In this document: positions 10,468 to 20,084 of the stretch, piece after piece
How positions within the stretch are numbered: the first letter of the stretch is position 1
Layout: the number at the start of each line of letters is the position of its first letter
DNA from: a bacterium
GTDB lineage: Bacteria > Patescibacteriota > Minisyncoccia > Phycocordibacterales > UBA918
Assembly: GCA_043719295.1 (NCBI GenBank)
Contig: JAYSUD010000006.1
Location: forward strand, 17,318-81,317
Direction of reading: 5' to 3'
DNA: 64,000 bases
The notes under the pieces: generated by a model
What the model saw: the letters and a program-made list of their open reading frames with translations, nothing else
Databases searched by the model: none
What the model was told of the DNA's origin: nothing
Program-made: the position numbers and the translations under genes

Positions 10468-10589
10468 GGAATTTTAGAATTGGATGCAGGGCGAGGCGTG
10501 CAAAGAAATTTTTGTGAGCCGTACGAATAGTACGGTGAACAAAAATTTCTGTAGTACAACGAAGCGATGCGCCGATTCTGGAATTTCTA
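10468..10589 (-). repeat. Family A structured palindromic element (MITE-like), copy 1
   Basis: CTTCGTTGTACTACAGAAATTTTTG..TCACCGTAC-TATTC-GTACGGCTC..TTGCACGCCTCG on the minus strand, starting at the rpsG stop. Confidence 0.75.
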
Positions 10590-11060
10590 CCAAGCGAAGT
10601 GGGCGAAAGCTCGGTTAGCTTCAGCCATCTTGTGTGTATCTTCCTTCTTCTTGACCGCATTTCCTTCTTCTTTTGCTGCCATCATGATTTCTTTAGCAAG
10701 TGCCTTGAACATTGGAACTCCTTTTTGACCGCGTGCTGCAGTGATTATCCATCGGAGGGCCAACGCATGACGTCGTTCAGGTCGTACTTCTCGTGGTACT
10801 TGGTAGTTTGCTCCACCTACACGCCGCGAACGTACTTCCATCTGTGGACCTGCATTTTTAAGTGCTGTATCAAATACTACCAATGGGTCTCCCCCTCCCT
10901 CTTTTGCATTTTTGATTTCTTCAAATGCTGCGTATACAATTTTTCGAGCTGTTTCTTTTTGGCCTCGCATCATCACATAGTTGATGAGCTTTTCTACTTC
11001 CGTTGATGCAAACCTGATGTCAGGCTGCACAACGTTTCGATTTTTAATTGGTCGTCTCAC
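10587..11060 (-). CDS. rpsG: 30S ribosomal protein S7
   Basis: [28 protein letters not shown]. Confidence 0.98.
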   Translation of the reverse strand: MRRPIKNRNVVQPDIRFASTEVEKLINYVMMRGQKETARKIVYAAFEEIKNAKEGGGDPLVVFDTALKNAGPQMEVRSRRVGGANYQVPREVRPERRHALALRWIITAARGQKGVPMFKALAKEIMMAAKEEGNAVKKKEDTHKMAEANRAFAHFAW

Positions 11061-11229
11061 AATATTGTTTCTTAATTTGAGTAATAATTAAGAATGAGAA
11101 ATATGGCATTCCACACTTTCATTCTTCGCATATTTTGATGCCGAAGGTTTCCCTTGCATCTCGTCCGTTATCTATAGCGAATATAGACTATTTATTTGTA
11201 ATCTGCTGGTTGGTATATCTAAAGCTCAC

Positions 11230-11352
11230 AATTCTTTTTAAATTGGATGAGTTGCGCGAAGCACAAGGAAATTTTTGCGACACGTACGTTGTAGTACGTA
11301 GAGCAGAAATTTTCGTAGTGCGACAAAGCAAACCGCCAATTTTAGAAGAATT
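11230..11352 (-). repeat. Family A element, copy 2 (rpsL-rpsG spacer)
   Basis: CTTTGTCGCACTACG..ACGTAC-TACAAC-GTACGTGTCGC..TTGTGCTTCGCG, outer arms AATTCTT/AAGAATT overlapping the rpsL stop. Confidence 0.7.
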
Positions 11353-11764
11353 ATTTCGCTTTAGGCATCTTTGCTCCGTACCGAGATCTCCCCCGTCGTC
11401 GCGCATCTACCCCTGTTGAGTCGTACTTTCCACGAACAATGGTGTATTGCACACCAATGTCTTTTACCTGTCCACCACGCACCAAGACCACAGAGTGCTC
11501 TTGTAGTGTGTGACCAATACCTGGGATGTATGCAGTAATTTCCTGACCGTTTGAAAGTCGAACACGCGCAATCTTTCGAATCGCTGAGTTCGGCTTACGT
11601 GGAGTCTTTGTAGTTACTCTCGTACATACCCCACGCTTGAATGGCGAGTTGTATTTGTTTGGCTTGTTTTCAATTGAGTTGAAACCAAGTTGTAGTGAAC
11701 CAGTCTTAGACTTGTTCGCTTTTGTACGTCGGGGTGTCTTTGTTAATTGATTTATTGTTACCAT
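11351..11764 (-). CDS. rpsL: 30S ribosomal protein S12
   Basis: [39 protein letters not shown]; start moved to MVTINQL. Confidence 0.98.
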   Translation of the reverse strand: MVTINQLTKTPRRTKANKSKTGSLQLGFNSIENKPNKYNSPFKRGVCTRVTTKTPRKPNSAIRKIARVRLSNGQEITAYIPGIGHTLQEHSVVLVRGGQVKDIGVQYTIVRGKYDSTGVDARRRGRSRYGAKMPKAK

Positions 11765-11900
11765 AAAGCCCGCATACTGTACTACAAAGCACGATTTCTG
11801 CAAGTCTCTCTACCTGTTTTTTAGTTCTTAATATTGAGTATTGTCACAATATACGCAAAAACACCCTAAACGGGTGTTTTTAGACACACTAATTACAAAA

Positions 11901-12962
11901 TTAGTTAGAAATCTGTATTTTGTTTGTTACAAAATTTGCTGCAGGTTTAAATTGAACCTGTTTTAAACCTACAGTACTTGGAGTTGCTGCCCAATTAAGT
12001 GCACCTAACTGTAACTGGTACATCCCCGCTACAGTTGGATCAAATACTGCGGTAAGTGTGAAGGATGCAGTCTCACCTTCGTTGATAACAAAGAAATTGC
12101 CACTTTTATCTGCAGTAGAATCTAAAGTAGCTGTTCTTGAACCAGGTCGTGATTCTTTCCCATCTCCTTGAGAAATACTGTATCCAACTCCCCAAACTGC
12201 GGAAGCCCCAGCAATACCGCCATCAATTGTAGTTTGCGGTACATATACGTCAGAATCATTTGCAGTAATCTCAAACTTTGCGGTAAACCGTCCAGCATCA
12301 TCTGTCGCGGTTGATGCGCTATTTGTTACCACAACTGCTTCGTTTCCTAGTGATTTAAAAACTGGTCCGGTAGTAGCAACTGGTACAGTTGTTGATCCTG
12401 TAGACTTAATTTGTGCTATCCGTGCTTTGATTTGTGCAGATTTAGCTTGCAACTCAACAATTTTAGCGTCAACTTCTTTTTGTGAAGCCATAAGACGTGC
12501 AAGTTCGTTACCTTTACAATCACTACTTTTTGAACCACTTAGTTCTGCACCTTTACTGACACTCTCTTTAGTAAGTTTTGAACTCATAAGTCGGCATTCA
12601 GGACGAAGTGGCTTCAGGTACCCATTTGCACTACTACTTGCTGACGTACTCTTCACTGAAGGAACTTCAATTTTTTGAGCACCACCAAGTATGCTTATTT
12701 GATTTCTTAAAGCAGCAATTTGTATCTGTAATTCTTGTGCTGTGGTGCCTGTAGTTACACCCTTAACTTCACCTTGTGGAGCAAGTTTAGAAAGCAACGA
12801 AGACACTATCATTGAAGCATTAGTAAGTTGGTTCTCCATTTTGGCTAGCCTCTGTATATCTGCAGCGTGTGCCGATACTACAGAAGAGGCAAAAATTGCA
12901 ATGCTCATCCCTACAGCAATAAATGCCTGCTTATTAATTAGATTTGTAAAAACTGTATTCAT
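11901..12962 (-). CDS. Secreted coiled-coil plus beta-sandwich protein (possible surface-layer component)
   Basis: Signal peptide, GEVKGVTT, QIAALRNQI coiled coils, C-terminal beta-rich domain. Confidence 0.6.
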   Translation of the reverse strand: MNTVFTNLINKQAFIAVGMSIAIFASSVVSAHAADIQRLAKMENQLTNASMIVSSLLSKLAPQGEVKGVTTGTTAQELQIQIAALRNQISILGGAQKIEVPSVKSTSASSSANGYLKPLRPECRLMSSKLTKESVSKGAELSGSKSSDCKGNELARLMASQKEVDAKIVELQAKSAQIKARIAQIKSTGSTTVPVATTGPVFKSLGNEAVVVTNSASTATDDAGRFTAKFEITANDSDVYVPQTTIDGGIAGASAVWGVGYSISQGDGKESRPGSRTATLDSTADKSGNFFVINEGETASFTLTAVFDPTVAGMYQLQLGALNWAATPSTVGLKQVQFKPAANFVTNKIQISN

Positions 12963-13006
12963 ATTTAATATATAAACTTTTTCTATTTGATAAAACTTTT
13001 AACAAC

Positions 13007-13090
13007 AAAAAAGGGACGCCCTAACGGGCGCCCTCCGTATGAATACAATATCGTACTTCAATGACTACACAATGTGCGTATGGTGGATAA
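13007..13090 (-). promoter_or_regulatory. Upstream cassette variant: DnaA-box-like, -10-like, GGAGGG hairpin + T tract
   Basis: TTATCCACC at 13082-13090; TACGAT at 13050-13055; GGAGGGCGCCC-GTTA-GGGCGTCCCTTTTTT. Confidence 0.5.
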
Positions 13091-13120
13091 GTAACAATCA
13101 TCTTTATGCACAAAGCTTTT

Positions 13121-13762
13121 CTACCCACTAATTCCCGTCAGGAGAGAAACAACGTTTGATACAAAACCGAAAAATGGAGTTGCAAATACTTGGAGGAAAA
13201 TAAAGATAAACGCGAACATTGCGAATATGCCGTATTGTTCAATCCACATTGTAAACTCTTTATATTTTTGTTGTAGCTTGTACGGCAGTACTGCCATTAA
13301 AATCTTTGATCCATCAAGTGGTGGGATAGGGAGCATGTTAAACAACGCAAGAAGGATATTGATATAGACAATATACCAAGCCATCTGTACAAACGAAGTA
13401 CCAAGGTTCAATACTTCTGCAGAACGGATAATGACAGAAAAGATTACTGCTAAAAATACATTCACTGCAGGTCCTGCAATTGCAACCAGAGCCTCTCCCC
13501 ATTTTTGATTTCGAAGATTGTACGGGTTGTACGGAACCGGTTTTGCCCACCCAAAGAGTATCCCCGCGTTACTAATGATCAAAAGTGCCGGCAAAATAAT
13601 AGATCCAAGGAGGTCGATGTGTACTAATGGATTTGGTGATAGGCGCCCTTGAAGTCGTGCAGTTGGGTCACCAAGTGCATTAGCGGCGTATCCATGTGCC
13701 ATTTCGTGAAGAATAATAGAAACAATCAAAGCAATAATCCCAAATATCTGTGTAATATCCAT
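13121..13762 (-). CDS. Site-2 protease (M50 family)
   Basis: HEMAH, AGPAVN, FNMLPIPPLDG. Confidence 0.95.
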   Translation of the reverse strand: MDITQIFGIIALIVSIILHEMAHGYAANALGDPTARLQGRLSPNPLVHIDLLGSIILPALLIISNAGILFGWAKPVPYNPYNLRNQKWGEALVAIAGPAVNVFLAVIFSVIIRSAEVLNLGTSFVQMAWYIVYINILLALFNMLPIPPLDGSKILMAVLPYKLQQKYKEFTMWIEQYGIFAMFAFIFIFLQVFATPFFGFVSNVVSLLTGISG

Positions 13763-13804
13763 AATGGGTATCAGTATACACCATCTTAATATTCACCAAA
13801 TTCC

Positions 13805-13929
13805 TAGAGTATGTTCAAAAAGTTCAGAGACGACGCGAGCAAATGAAGAAATGTGAGACATATTCAATATATGGTGAATGTTTCTGAACGCAGCGCAACG
13901 ATGTATGTGGGATTTTTGCACATACTCTA
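13805..13929 (-). repeat. Family A element, copy 3
   Basis: TAGAGTATGT..ACATACTCTA ends; CATCGTTGCGCTGCG..TCACCATA..TATGTCTCAC..TTGCTCGCGTCG core on the minus strand. Confidence 0.65.
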
Positions 13930-13987
13930 AGAGGGGCTTGCAATATGGGGCATAAATGCTAGTATAGCGGGACTCAAAAACAACTAT

Positions 13988-14230
13988 ATGGCAAAAGTAT
14001 GTGAAATTACGGGCAAGAAGACCCAAATCGGTGGAAAATACAGTAACCGCGTTCGTGCGACACAGTTTAATCCGTGCGGAAAAGTAAAGCGACAAGTAAA
14101 CCTCCACAAGAAACGAATCTATGTTGCAGAGCTCGATACAACCGTTACTATCAAAGTTTCAACAAAAGGACTTCGAACAATTGCAAAGAACGGAGCATAC
14201 GCAACACTCAAAAAAGCTGCCCTTATCTAA
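13988..14230 (+). CDS. rpmB: 50S ribosomal protein L28
   Basis: MAKVCEITGK..VNLHKKRIY..KVSTKGLRTI. Confidence 0.95.
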   Translation: MAKVCEITGKKTQIGGKYSNRVRATQFNPCGKVKRQVNLHKKRIYVAELDTTVTIKVSTKGLRTIAKNGAYATLKKAALI

Positions 14231-14339
14231 ACTAGAAGACAAAAATCGGAGCTACATGCTCCGGTTTTTTGTATGTGTTGAATCGTCAAAATAGAGTATA
14301 GTTCAAAAGTGATTAATAAATGCACATATTTTGAGCAAA

Positions 14340-15221
14340 TCATTTCTGCCAAACAGTTTCTCCATCTGACAGCATCGTAATAGTTCCCTCTTTTGCAGTT
14401 TCTAGTATTTGAACTCGCTTATTAAAAAGTAAATCAGTTACTTCTATATGTGGGTGACCATACGAATTATCTTTGCCTGCTGAAACAATGGCAAACTTGG
14501 GTTGCACTTCATCGAGATAGAGTTCCGAAGTTGAGGTTCGTGAACCATGGTGGCCAAGTTTGAGTACGTCACTTTTTAGACTTTCTCCTTCTGTAAGGAC
14601 TAAATATTCCTCAATACTTTTTGGCGAATCTCCCGTAAACATGAACGTACTACTTCCATAAAGTAGCTGAAATACAATAGATGAAGTGTTGCTTTCCATG
14701 TTGGTTGGGTCTGAATCTGGAAAAAGTATTTGTAGTGTTGTAGAGGCATCAAGATGGAGTGTTTGTCCGCGTCGAGCAATAAGAATCTCTGCCCCTTCTC
14801 TAGTTTTAAGTTTGGTATACGATTCTGAAGTCGCTGTATCTCCTTTATTTTCAGTGGTGAGAATTTTTAAAACTTTATACCGCTTAAGCACATCAATCAA
14901 TCCTCCAATATGGTCTTTATCAGGATGTGTACCGACGACAATATCGATGGTTCTGTCAAAAAAATTCATTTCCGAACTGAGCCTTCGCAATACCGTTGCG
15001 TCCTTTCCTCCATCAACAAGCACCTGTACCCCAGAAGGCGTTTCAATTAACGCTGCATCACCCTGTCCCACATCAAGAAAATGAACTTGGAGATACGGAC
15101 TTGTTTTTGATTCAAGAAGTGGAAAAGTAGCATGGCTATAGGGTAAAAACCATACCATAGAGGCACAGGCAAGGAGTACCAAAATAACCATGAGCCGCAT
15201 GCGTACAATACTGTCCTTCAT
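14340..15221 (-). CDS. ComEC/Rec2-type metallo-beta-lactamase-fold nuclease (stand-alone)
   Basis: FLDVGQGDA, THPDKDHIGG, FTGD, HHGS, NSYGHPH. Confidence 0.92.
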   Translation of the reverse strand: MKDSIVRMRLMVILVLLACASMVWFLPYSHATFPLLESKTSPYLQVHFLDVGQGDAALIETPSGVQVLVDGGKDATVLRRLSSEMNFFDRTIDIVVGTHPDKDHIGGLIDVLKRYKVLKILTTENKGDTATSESYTKLKTREGAEILIARRGQTLHLDASTTLQILFPDSDPTNMESNTSSIVFQLLYGSSTFMFTGDSPKSIEEYLVLTEGESLKSDVLKLGHHGSRTSTSELYLDEVQPKFAIVSAGKDNSYGHPHIEVTDLLFNKRVQILETAKEGTITMLSDGETVWQK

Positions 15222-15270
15222 ATGCTACTAATGATACACTCTATTTATTATTACAAACTAACATTGCTGT

Positions 15271-15843
15271 ATGTACGAACTAAAAAAATTTGAAATTGGA
15301 ACACTTGACGGAATTTCAGAACAAACAATACAAGAACACCTTGGGTTATACGCCGGGTATGTAAAACATGTCAATTTGATCCAAGAAAAAATTGTAGAGA
15401 TGAAAGAAGATAGTGAAAAAAATGCATACGCACTTGCTGAAGTGCAACGACGACTCGGATTTGAATTTGGGGGGATGAAAAATCATGAAGCCTATTTTGC
15501 TCAATTTGAAGGTGGTGCACATGCGATACCTCAAGGGAAACTTAGTGACATGATTGCTACACAATGGGGTTCATACGAATTGTTTTTAGCACAATGTAAA
15601 GCAACCGCCCTTACACGAGGCATCGGGTGGGTAATGCTCTACAGTGACTCACAATCTAATCAACTTGTCCTGACGTGGGTTGATGAGCAACACATTGGAC
15701 AACTGCCTGATGTAAAAATTGTGCTTGCACTTGATATGTGGGAACACTCATACATGCTTGATTATGCACCAAGTAAAAAGAAGGAATACATTGAAGCTTT
15801 TTTCAAAAACTTGAATTGGGAAGTAGTTGCAAGTCGAGTATAA
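15271..15843 (+). CDS. Fe/Mn superoxide dismutase
   Basis: EHLGLYAGYV, NHEAYF, GIGW, LDMWEHSY. Confidence 0.9.
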   Translation: MYELKKFEIGTLDGISEQTIQEHLGLYAGYVKHVNLIQEKIVEMKEDSEKNAYALAEVQRRLGFEFGGMKNHEAYFAQFEGGAHAIPQGKLSDMIATQWGSYELFLAQCKATALTRGIGWVMLYSDSQSNQLVLTWVDEQHIGQLPDVKIVLALDMWEHSYMLDYAPSKKKEYIEAFFKNLNWEVVASRV

Positions 15844-15850
15844 ATTGGAA

Positions 15851-15965
15851 CCTGCAAAAACGGCACACTTCTTCGTTGTGCTGCACAAAATACTCCTCAC
15901 CGTACTATGCGTACGACTCGTCTTATTTTGCTTGCACGTCTCGAATTGCACTCGTTTTTTTCAGG
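15851..15965 (+). repeat. Family A element, copy 4
   Basis: CTTCGTTGTGCTGC..CTCACCGTAC-TATGC-GTACGACTCG..TTGCACGTCTCG, just after the SOD stop. Confidence 0.8.
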
Positions 15966-16036
15966 TCCTATCGAAATTTGCAGATGGACACAAAAAAAAT
16001 GGCTCCGCTGGAGCCATTTTTTTGTTGGAAACTATT

Positions 16037-16627
16037 TTATACAACTGCTGTTGGGGCACTTGCTTCTGCTTGAAGTTCCTTGTAAATCTTAATTGATGCA
16101 AACCAAGTAACAATAAGCATTACTACTGCTCCAATAATAAAGAAGAGTAACCCAAGGAGCACGAGAAGCCCTGACACGAGCGTGAAGAAAAATAACTTCC
16201 ATTTATACCCATTTGTAAGTGCACTACTTGCCTTTAATGCTTCAAGTGGTCGCATTCCTTTGTCTATCACGTAGAACTCTGCAAACATCCAACGAATACA
16301 CAGGTAGATTCCAGGGACAATGAAACAAAGGGTACCTAAAATTATAAAGAGTGCTTTGATGACACTTAAAAAAGCGAAGTATACCCACCGTTGATCAATG
16401 GTAAATATATCGTCAAAAATAAGTGTCCCGCCGTTATAGTGCTTGAAAAGGAGTGCAAAATAACCTCCAAATACAATATACGAAAGTGCAGTTACTAACG
16501 CCCCACTACCACTTGCAGCTGCAAATAGTCCGAAGGTTGCTAATGTCAGTCCAAGCAAATACCACGGACGTTTCATGAATAATGTCCATCCAGCCCCAAT
16601 TGATTCAAATATTTTAATGTTTTTCAT
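16037..16627 (-). CDS. Integral membrane protein (DUF975-like)
   Basis: Multiple TM helices; IVPGIY..FYVIDKG..EALKASSALTNGYKWKLF. Confidence 0.7.
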   Translation of the reverse strand: MKNIKIFESIGAGWTLFMKRPWYLLGLTLATFGLFAAASGSGALVTALSYIVFGGYFALLFKHYNGGTLIFDDIFTIDQRWVYFAFLSVIKALFIILGTLCFIVPGIYLCIRWMFAEFYVIDKGMRPLEALKASSALTNGYKWKLFFFTLVSGLLVLLGLLFFIIGAVVMLIVTWFASIKIYKELQAEASAPTAVV

Positions 16628-16669
16628 TACCTGTAAGTATATGATGTGTTACGCTCTTCGTACATATCC

Positions 16670-18247
16670 TCACCTGAAGAAAATTGGGGTATCATTAAAA
16701 GTCGATTTCAATGTAACGGGAACAAGCGTTTGTTCTTCAACGACAGTCCAGTCATGACTTTTTGAAATTAGCGGACGGCCTGGTCTCGAGGCTTTTACAT
16801 ACAATCTCCACAGAATGAGTGCATACAGGAAATACACAATGACAACGACGTAAAATGGAAATGCCGGAACAACGTAGCTTGCAAACGGAAGTTTTGCAAA
16901 GACCTCTGCTATTAAAATGATGTATGCCAAAGACATGTATGCCATATATCCAACTAACGAAGAGAGTGTGGTGCTTATAAAGCCAACCATCCCAGTAATA
17001 AAGATAAGCACCATTGCAACGGGAACCATTGGTAATACTAAGAGATTAACAAATACAGCAACCACTGAAAGTTGCCCCATTTGATACAAAAGGATTGGGG
17101 TAATAAAAATCTGCGTTGCTAACGTTGCAGTGAGAAACTCTCGTAACTTAAACCATGTGGGCATAAACCTAACATAGAAGGCAAGATGTGGTGACACGAG
17201 AATGAGACCTAGGGTTGCAATAAACGAAAACTGAAATCCAACATCGTACACCAGAAGGTACGGATTCAAAATGAGCATGAAAAAACCGGTAAGCACTAAT
17301 GCTCGTAAAACAACATACGTTCTTTCAGTCGCCTGAGAAAGCAATAGTAACAATGCCATCGCACTTGCTCGCATAACTGTTGGAGAAAGTCCAACCAGTA
17401 TCGCAAACAACAAAATTGAAAGTGCCCCACATACCAAACGTAACCGCATAGGTAAAAATAAAGCAAGTAGATACATTACAAACAAAACTACTAACATGAT
17501 GTTGTACCCTGAGAGCACCACAATGTGAATAATGCCAGTTGTTCTAAATGATGCTTCAATATCTTTTCCGAGTGCTTGTTTTACTCCAAGAAGCAGTCCT
17601 TCTCCAAGTCCTGCGTACGGTTCTGGTAACACCGCCTCAATATTACGCATGAACAAATGTTTAAATTCAAGAATATTTTTTAAAATAACACTCGCCTGAT
17701 TTTGTTCTATCACCGTAACTTTTGCAAAAGAAACTACGTAGTGTACGCCGCGCGCATTAAGATACCCTTGGTAGTTAAAGGTTCTTCCAATATCAGTTTC
17801 AAATGAAGTGGGCTTTGCGAGCTTCCCTGTAAAAGAAACTTTGTCTCCGTATGAAACGTCAACGTATCTATCGGTTGTCACCAAAAGAAGTTCGTTATTT
17901 ACTTTCACATAGAGATGCTGGGAAGAGGCTCGAATATCGGGTTCACGAACAATGATTCCCTCTTCTGACAGAACTGTATCGAGCTGTGATTGATAGTGCG
18001 GATTTTCTTCAAAGTGTACTTCTCTATCCATTCGAAGAAGCCCTAAAGAGAAGGAGCAAAGGCACAGTGATAAAAGTAAGAGCAGTGAAGCGGCACGTGT
18101 ATTTTTTTTCTTTAAAGACACCAAACAAAGTGCGAGACCTATACAAAAAATCCACAGTATCCAAGGTAGACCGATACTAAAAAATGAGCGTATGAAAATC
18201 CCTAGAGTAAAACCAACAATGACCCCGTAGATAGGCACTGTCTGCAT
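16670..18247 (-). CDS. comEC: ComEC DNA uptake channel (OB-fold/DUF4131 plus competence domain, no MBL domain)
   Basis: TGIIHIVVLSGYN, RASAM, DVGFQFSFIAT; start moved out of the palindrome to MQTVP. Confidence 0.92.
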   Translation of the reverse strand: MQTVPIYGVIVGFTLGIFIRSFFSIGLPWILWIFCIGLALCLVSLKKKNTRAASLLLLLSLCLCSFSLGLLRMDREVHFEENPHYQSQLDTVLSEEGIIVREPDIRASSQHLYVKVNNELLLVTTDRYVDVSYGDKVSFTGKLAKPTSFETDIGRTFNYQGYLNARGVHYVVSFAKVTVIEQNQASVILKNILEFKHLFMRNIEAVLPEPYAGLGEGLLLGVKQALGKDIEASFRTTGIIHIVVLSGYNIMLVVLFVMYLLALFLPMRLRLVCGALSILLFAILVGLSPTVMRASAMALLLLLSQATERTYVVLRALVLTGFFMLILNPYLLVYDVGFQFSFIATLGLILVSPHLAFYVRFMPTWFKLREFLTATLATQIFITPILLYQMGQLSVVAVFVNLLVLPMVPVAMVLIFITGMVGFISTTLSSLVGYMAYMSLAYIILIAEVFAKLPFASYVVPAFPFYVVVIVYFLYALILWRLYVKASRPGRPLISKSHDWTVVEEQTLVPVTLKSTFNDTPIFFR

Positions 18248-18271
18248 CAATACAAGTGTAACAGAAATAAT

Positions 18272-18395
18272 TAGGACTTTTGGAAATGGCACACTTCTTT
18301 GTTGTACTGCATAAAATGCTCCTCACCGTACTACGCGTACGACTCGTCGCATTATATTTGTACGTCTCGAATTGCACTCATTTCCAAAAGTCCTA
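18272..18395 (+). repeat. Family A element, copy 5
   Basis: TAGGACTTTTGGAAATG..CATTTCCAAAAGTCCTA arms; core nearly identical to copy 4, with compensatory changes. Confidence 0.85.
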
Positions 18396-18802
18396 ATAAA
18401 GTTGGCCCCGAACGTAATGTCGGGGCCATTTTCATGATAAGGGAACCCTACCATTGCACGCTATTGTTTTCACACTAGCGCGCGTGAACGCAATATGGTC
18501 AACATGGATGACGGGGGTGTTGCAGACAGGTGCGTTTTCGCCTCGAATCCACAGCATTCCGTTTTGCCTCACTGATCCGACGACCATTGGTGGTGCCGAT
18601 AAGTTTCATGAGGAATCTCCTTGTTACCGAGTCATCATTAAAATGAAAACATAAAAAGCCAGGACTCGGGGAACTGGCCTACTCGTACGATACCTGTATA
18701 CGTGTTCTTCGTCAATACAGCGAAAGTGCAGATACAAAAAACCGCTCGTTTAAAAAATAAACGGCGGCTGGTGCGGGAGCGAATTCCCCCGCACCATATA
18801 CT

Positions 18803-19210
18803 TCACGCGAAGACTGATTCGGCCTCTGTTCGTACAACCGCTTGGCGGATGCCGAGCTTCCCGATGGTTTGTTGAGGAGTTCGCAACAAGGGAAGAATAC
18901 GAAGTCCGCCTTCTTCGGAAACTGCAAACCCATTCATCGTCGCTCGCTGACCCTTAGTAAGCGGACTGAGTTTGAGTGTTTCTACTCCAAGCCTACAAAC
19001 CACTTCAACTTTCCATCGCTTGATTTTACAAAAATCGGCAGGATGAACCTTGCCACATACCATCATCGGAACAGCGACAGACTCGGTCCCTTTGATGTAA
19101 TAGCTGAAGTAGAAACCCTTCTTGTCCTGTGTCATTGTGGACAGTGAGGGCAAATTCCAAGTCAAAACTTGACCTGCAGCAAAACTCGGGTCAAACGGTA
19201 GTGTTTTCAA
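18803..19210 (-). CDS. Hypothetical protein
   Basis: 135-aa ORF with upstream GGGAG and downstream hairpin. Confidence 0.45.
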   Translation of the reverse strand: MKTLPFDPSFAAGQVLTWNLPSLSTMTQDKKGFYFSYYIKGTESVAVPMMVCGKVHPADFCKIKRWKVEVVCRLGVETLKLSPLTKGQRATMNGFAVSEEGGLRILPLLRTPQQTIGKLGIRQAVVRTEAESVFA

Positions 19211-19282
19211 AAGACTCTCCCATACTTGCTTGTTTCACCGAGCGTCTATAAAATTCTCGGCGCAAATAGAGTACAAGTCTAA

Positions 19283-19696
19283 CTACATTGCGTCAAGAGC
19301 TTCGTTTACCAACCGGTCTGCTTCTTTGTTTTCATTTCGCGAGACATGGATAAAATCAACTCGATTGTACTCCGTTACAAGTGTCTTTGCTGTATCAAAA
19401 TAGGTTTTTAAGGTTGCATCTTTAACTTTATACTCTCCAAGCATCTGTCGTTGCACCAGCTGACTATCAAGTTTTAAAGTTACATCAACACCCTTAGTGT
19501 CCGAAACTATAGTACTTAAAATTTCAAGTGCACGGACAATAGCTTGATACTCTGCAACGTTGTTTGTTGTATTTCCAATATACTCACCATGTTCACGAAC
19601 AACTCCACCCTTTGCATCAAGAATATATACTCCAATTGCAGCGGGCCCTGGATTGCCGCGCGCACCTCCATCAGTAAATACCGTAACTTTTTCCAT
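19283..19696 (-). CDS. rnhA: Ribonuclease HI
   Basis: FTDGGARGNPGPA, TNNVAEY, DSQLV, NKEADRL. Confidence 0.95.
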   Translation of the reverse strand: MEKVTVFTDGGARGNPGPAAIGVYILDAKGGVVREHGEYIGNTTNNVAEYQAIVRALEILSTIVSDTKGVDVTLKLDSQLVQRQMLGEYKVKDATLKTYFDTAKTLVTEYNRVDFIHVSRNENKEADRLVNEALDAM

Positions 19697-19764
19697 AATT
19701 AGAGAATACTATACCATTAAAGTAAATTTCGGCCGCCCCAGTATTCTAGGGGCGGCCGAGGTGA

Positions 19765-19977
19765 TTACATGTGCTTAAGAACATCTTTGAGGGAAGGAGT
19801 GATTTCAACCGGTGGTGCTTTACCAATGACAATCTTTCCATCTGCACAAAGGGTGATCTTAAGATTGCCTTTGGATAACTTAATGTACAGCGACCCGTCT
19901 GGCTTTCTGTAGATGTCTGCCTTAGTTTTTGCAAACTCAAACAGTCCTACGAAACGATCGGCCACTTGGGTACTCAA
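19765..19977 (-). CDS. Small hypothetical protein
   Basis: 70-aa ORF followed by a GC-rich hairpin at ~19729-19759. Confidence 0.4.
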   Translation of the reverse strand: MSTQVADRFVGLFEFAKTKADIYRKPDGSLYIKLSKGNLKITLCADGKIVIGKAPPVEITPSLKDVLKHM

Positions 19978-20084
19978 CCTTTTGAGGGAGGGCTTCCCCC
20001 TATCACTGTACTTAAGTTCTATAGCTCTGATTGGGATAATTTTCTCCTTTTTGTTTTGATCTTGGAAGGTAGTATCGCTTACTT

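Noticed and set aside
10397-11419. Short ORFs overlapping family A elements (also 13793..14107, 15748..16096, 18177..18377)
   Set aside because: Chance ORFs through palindromes; their mutual similarity comes from the repeat
18434-18609. Possible small frameshifted minus-strand gene with GGAG and a downstream hairpin
   Set aside because: Two short overlapping frames with no recognisable homology
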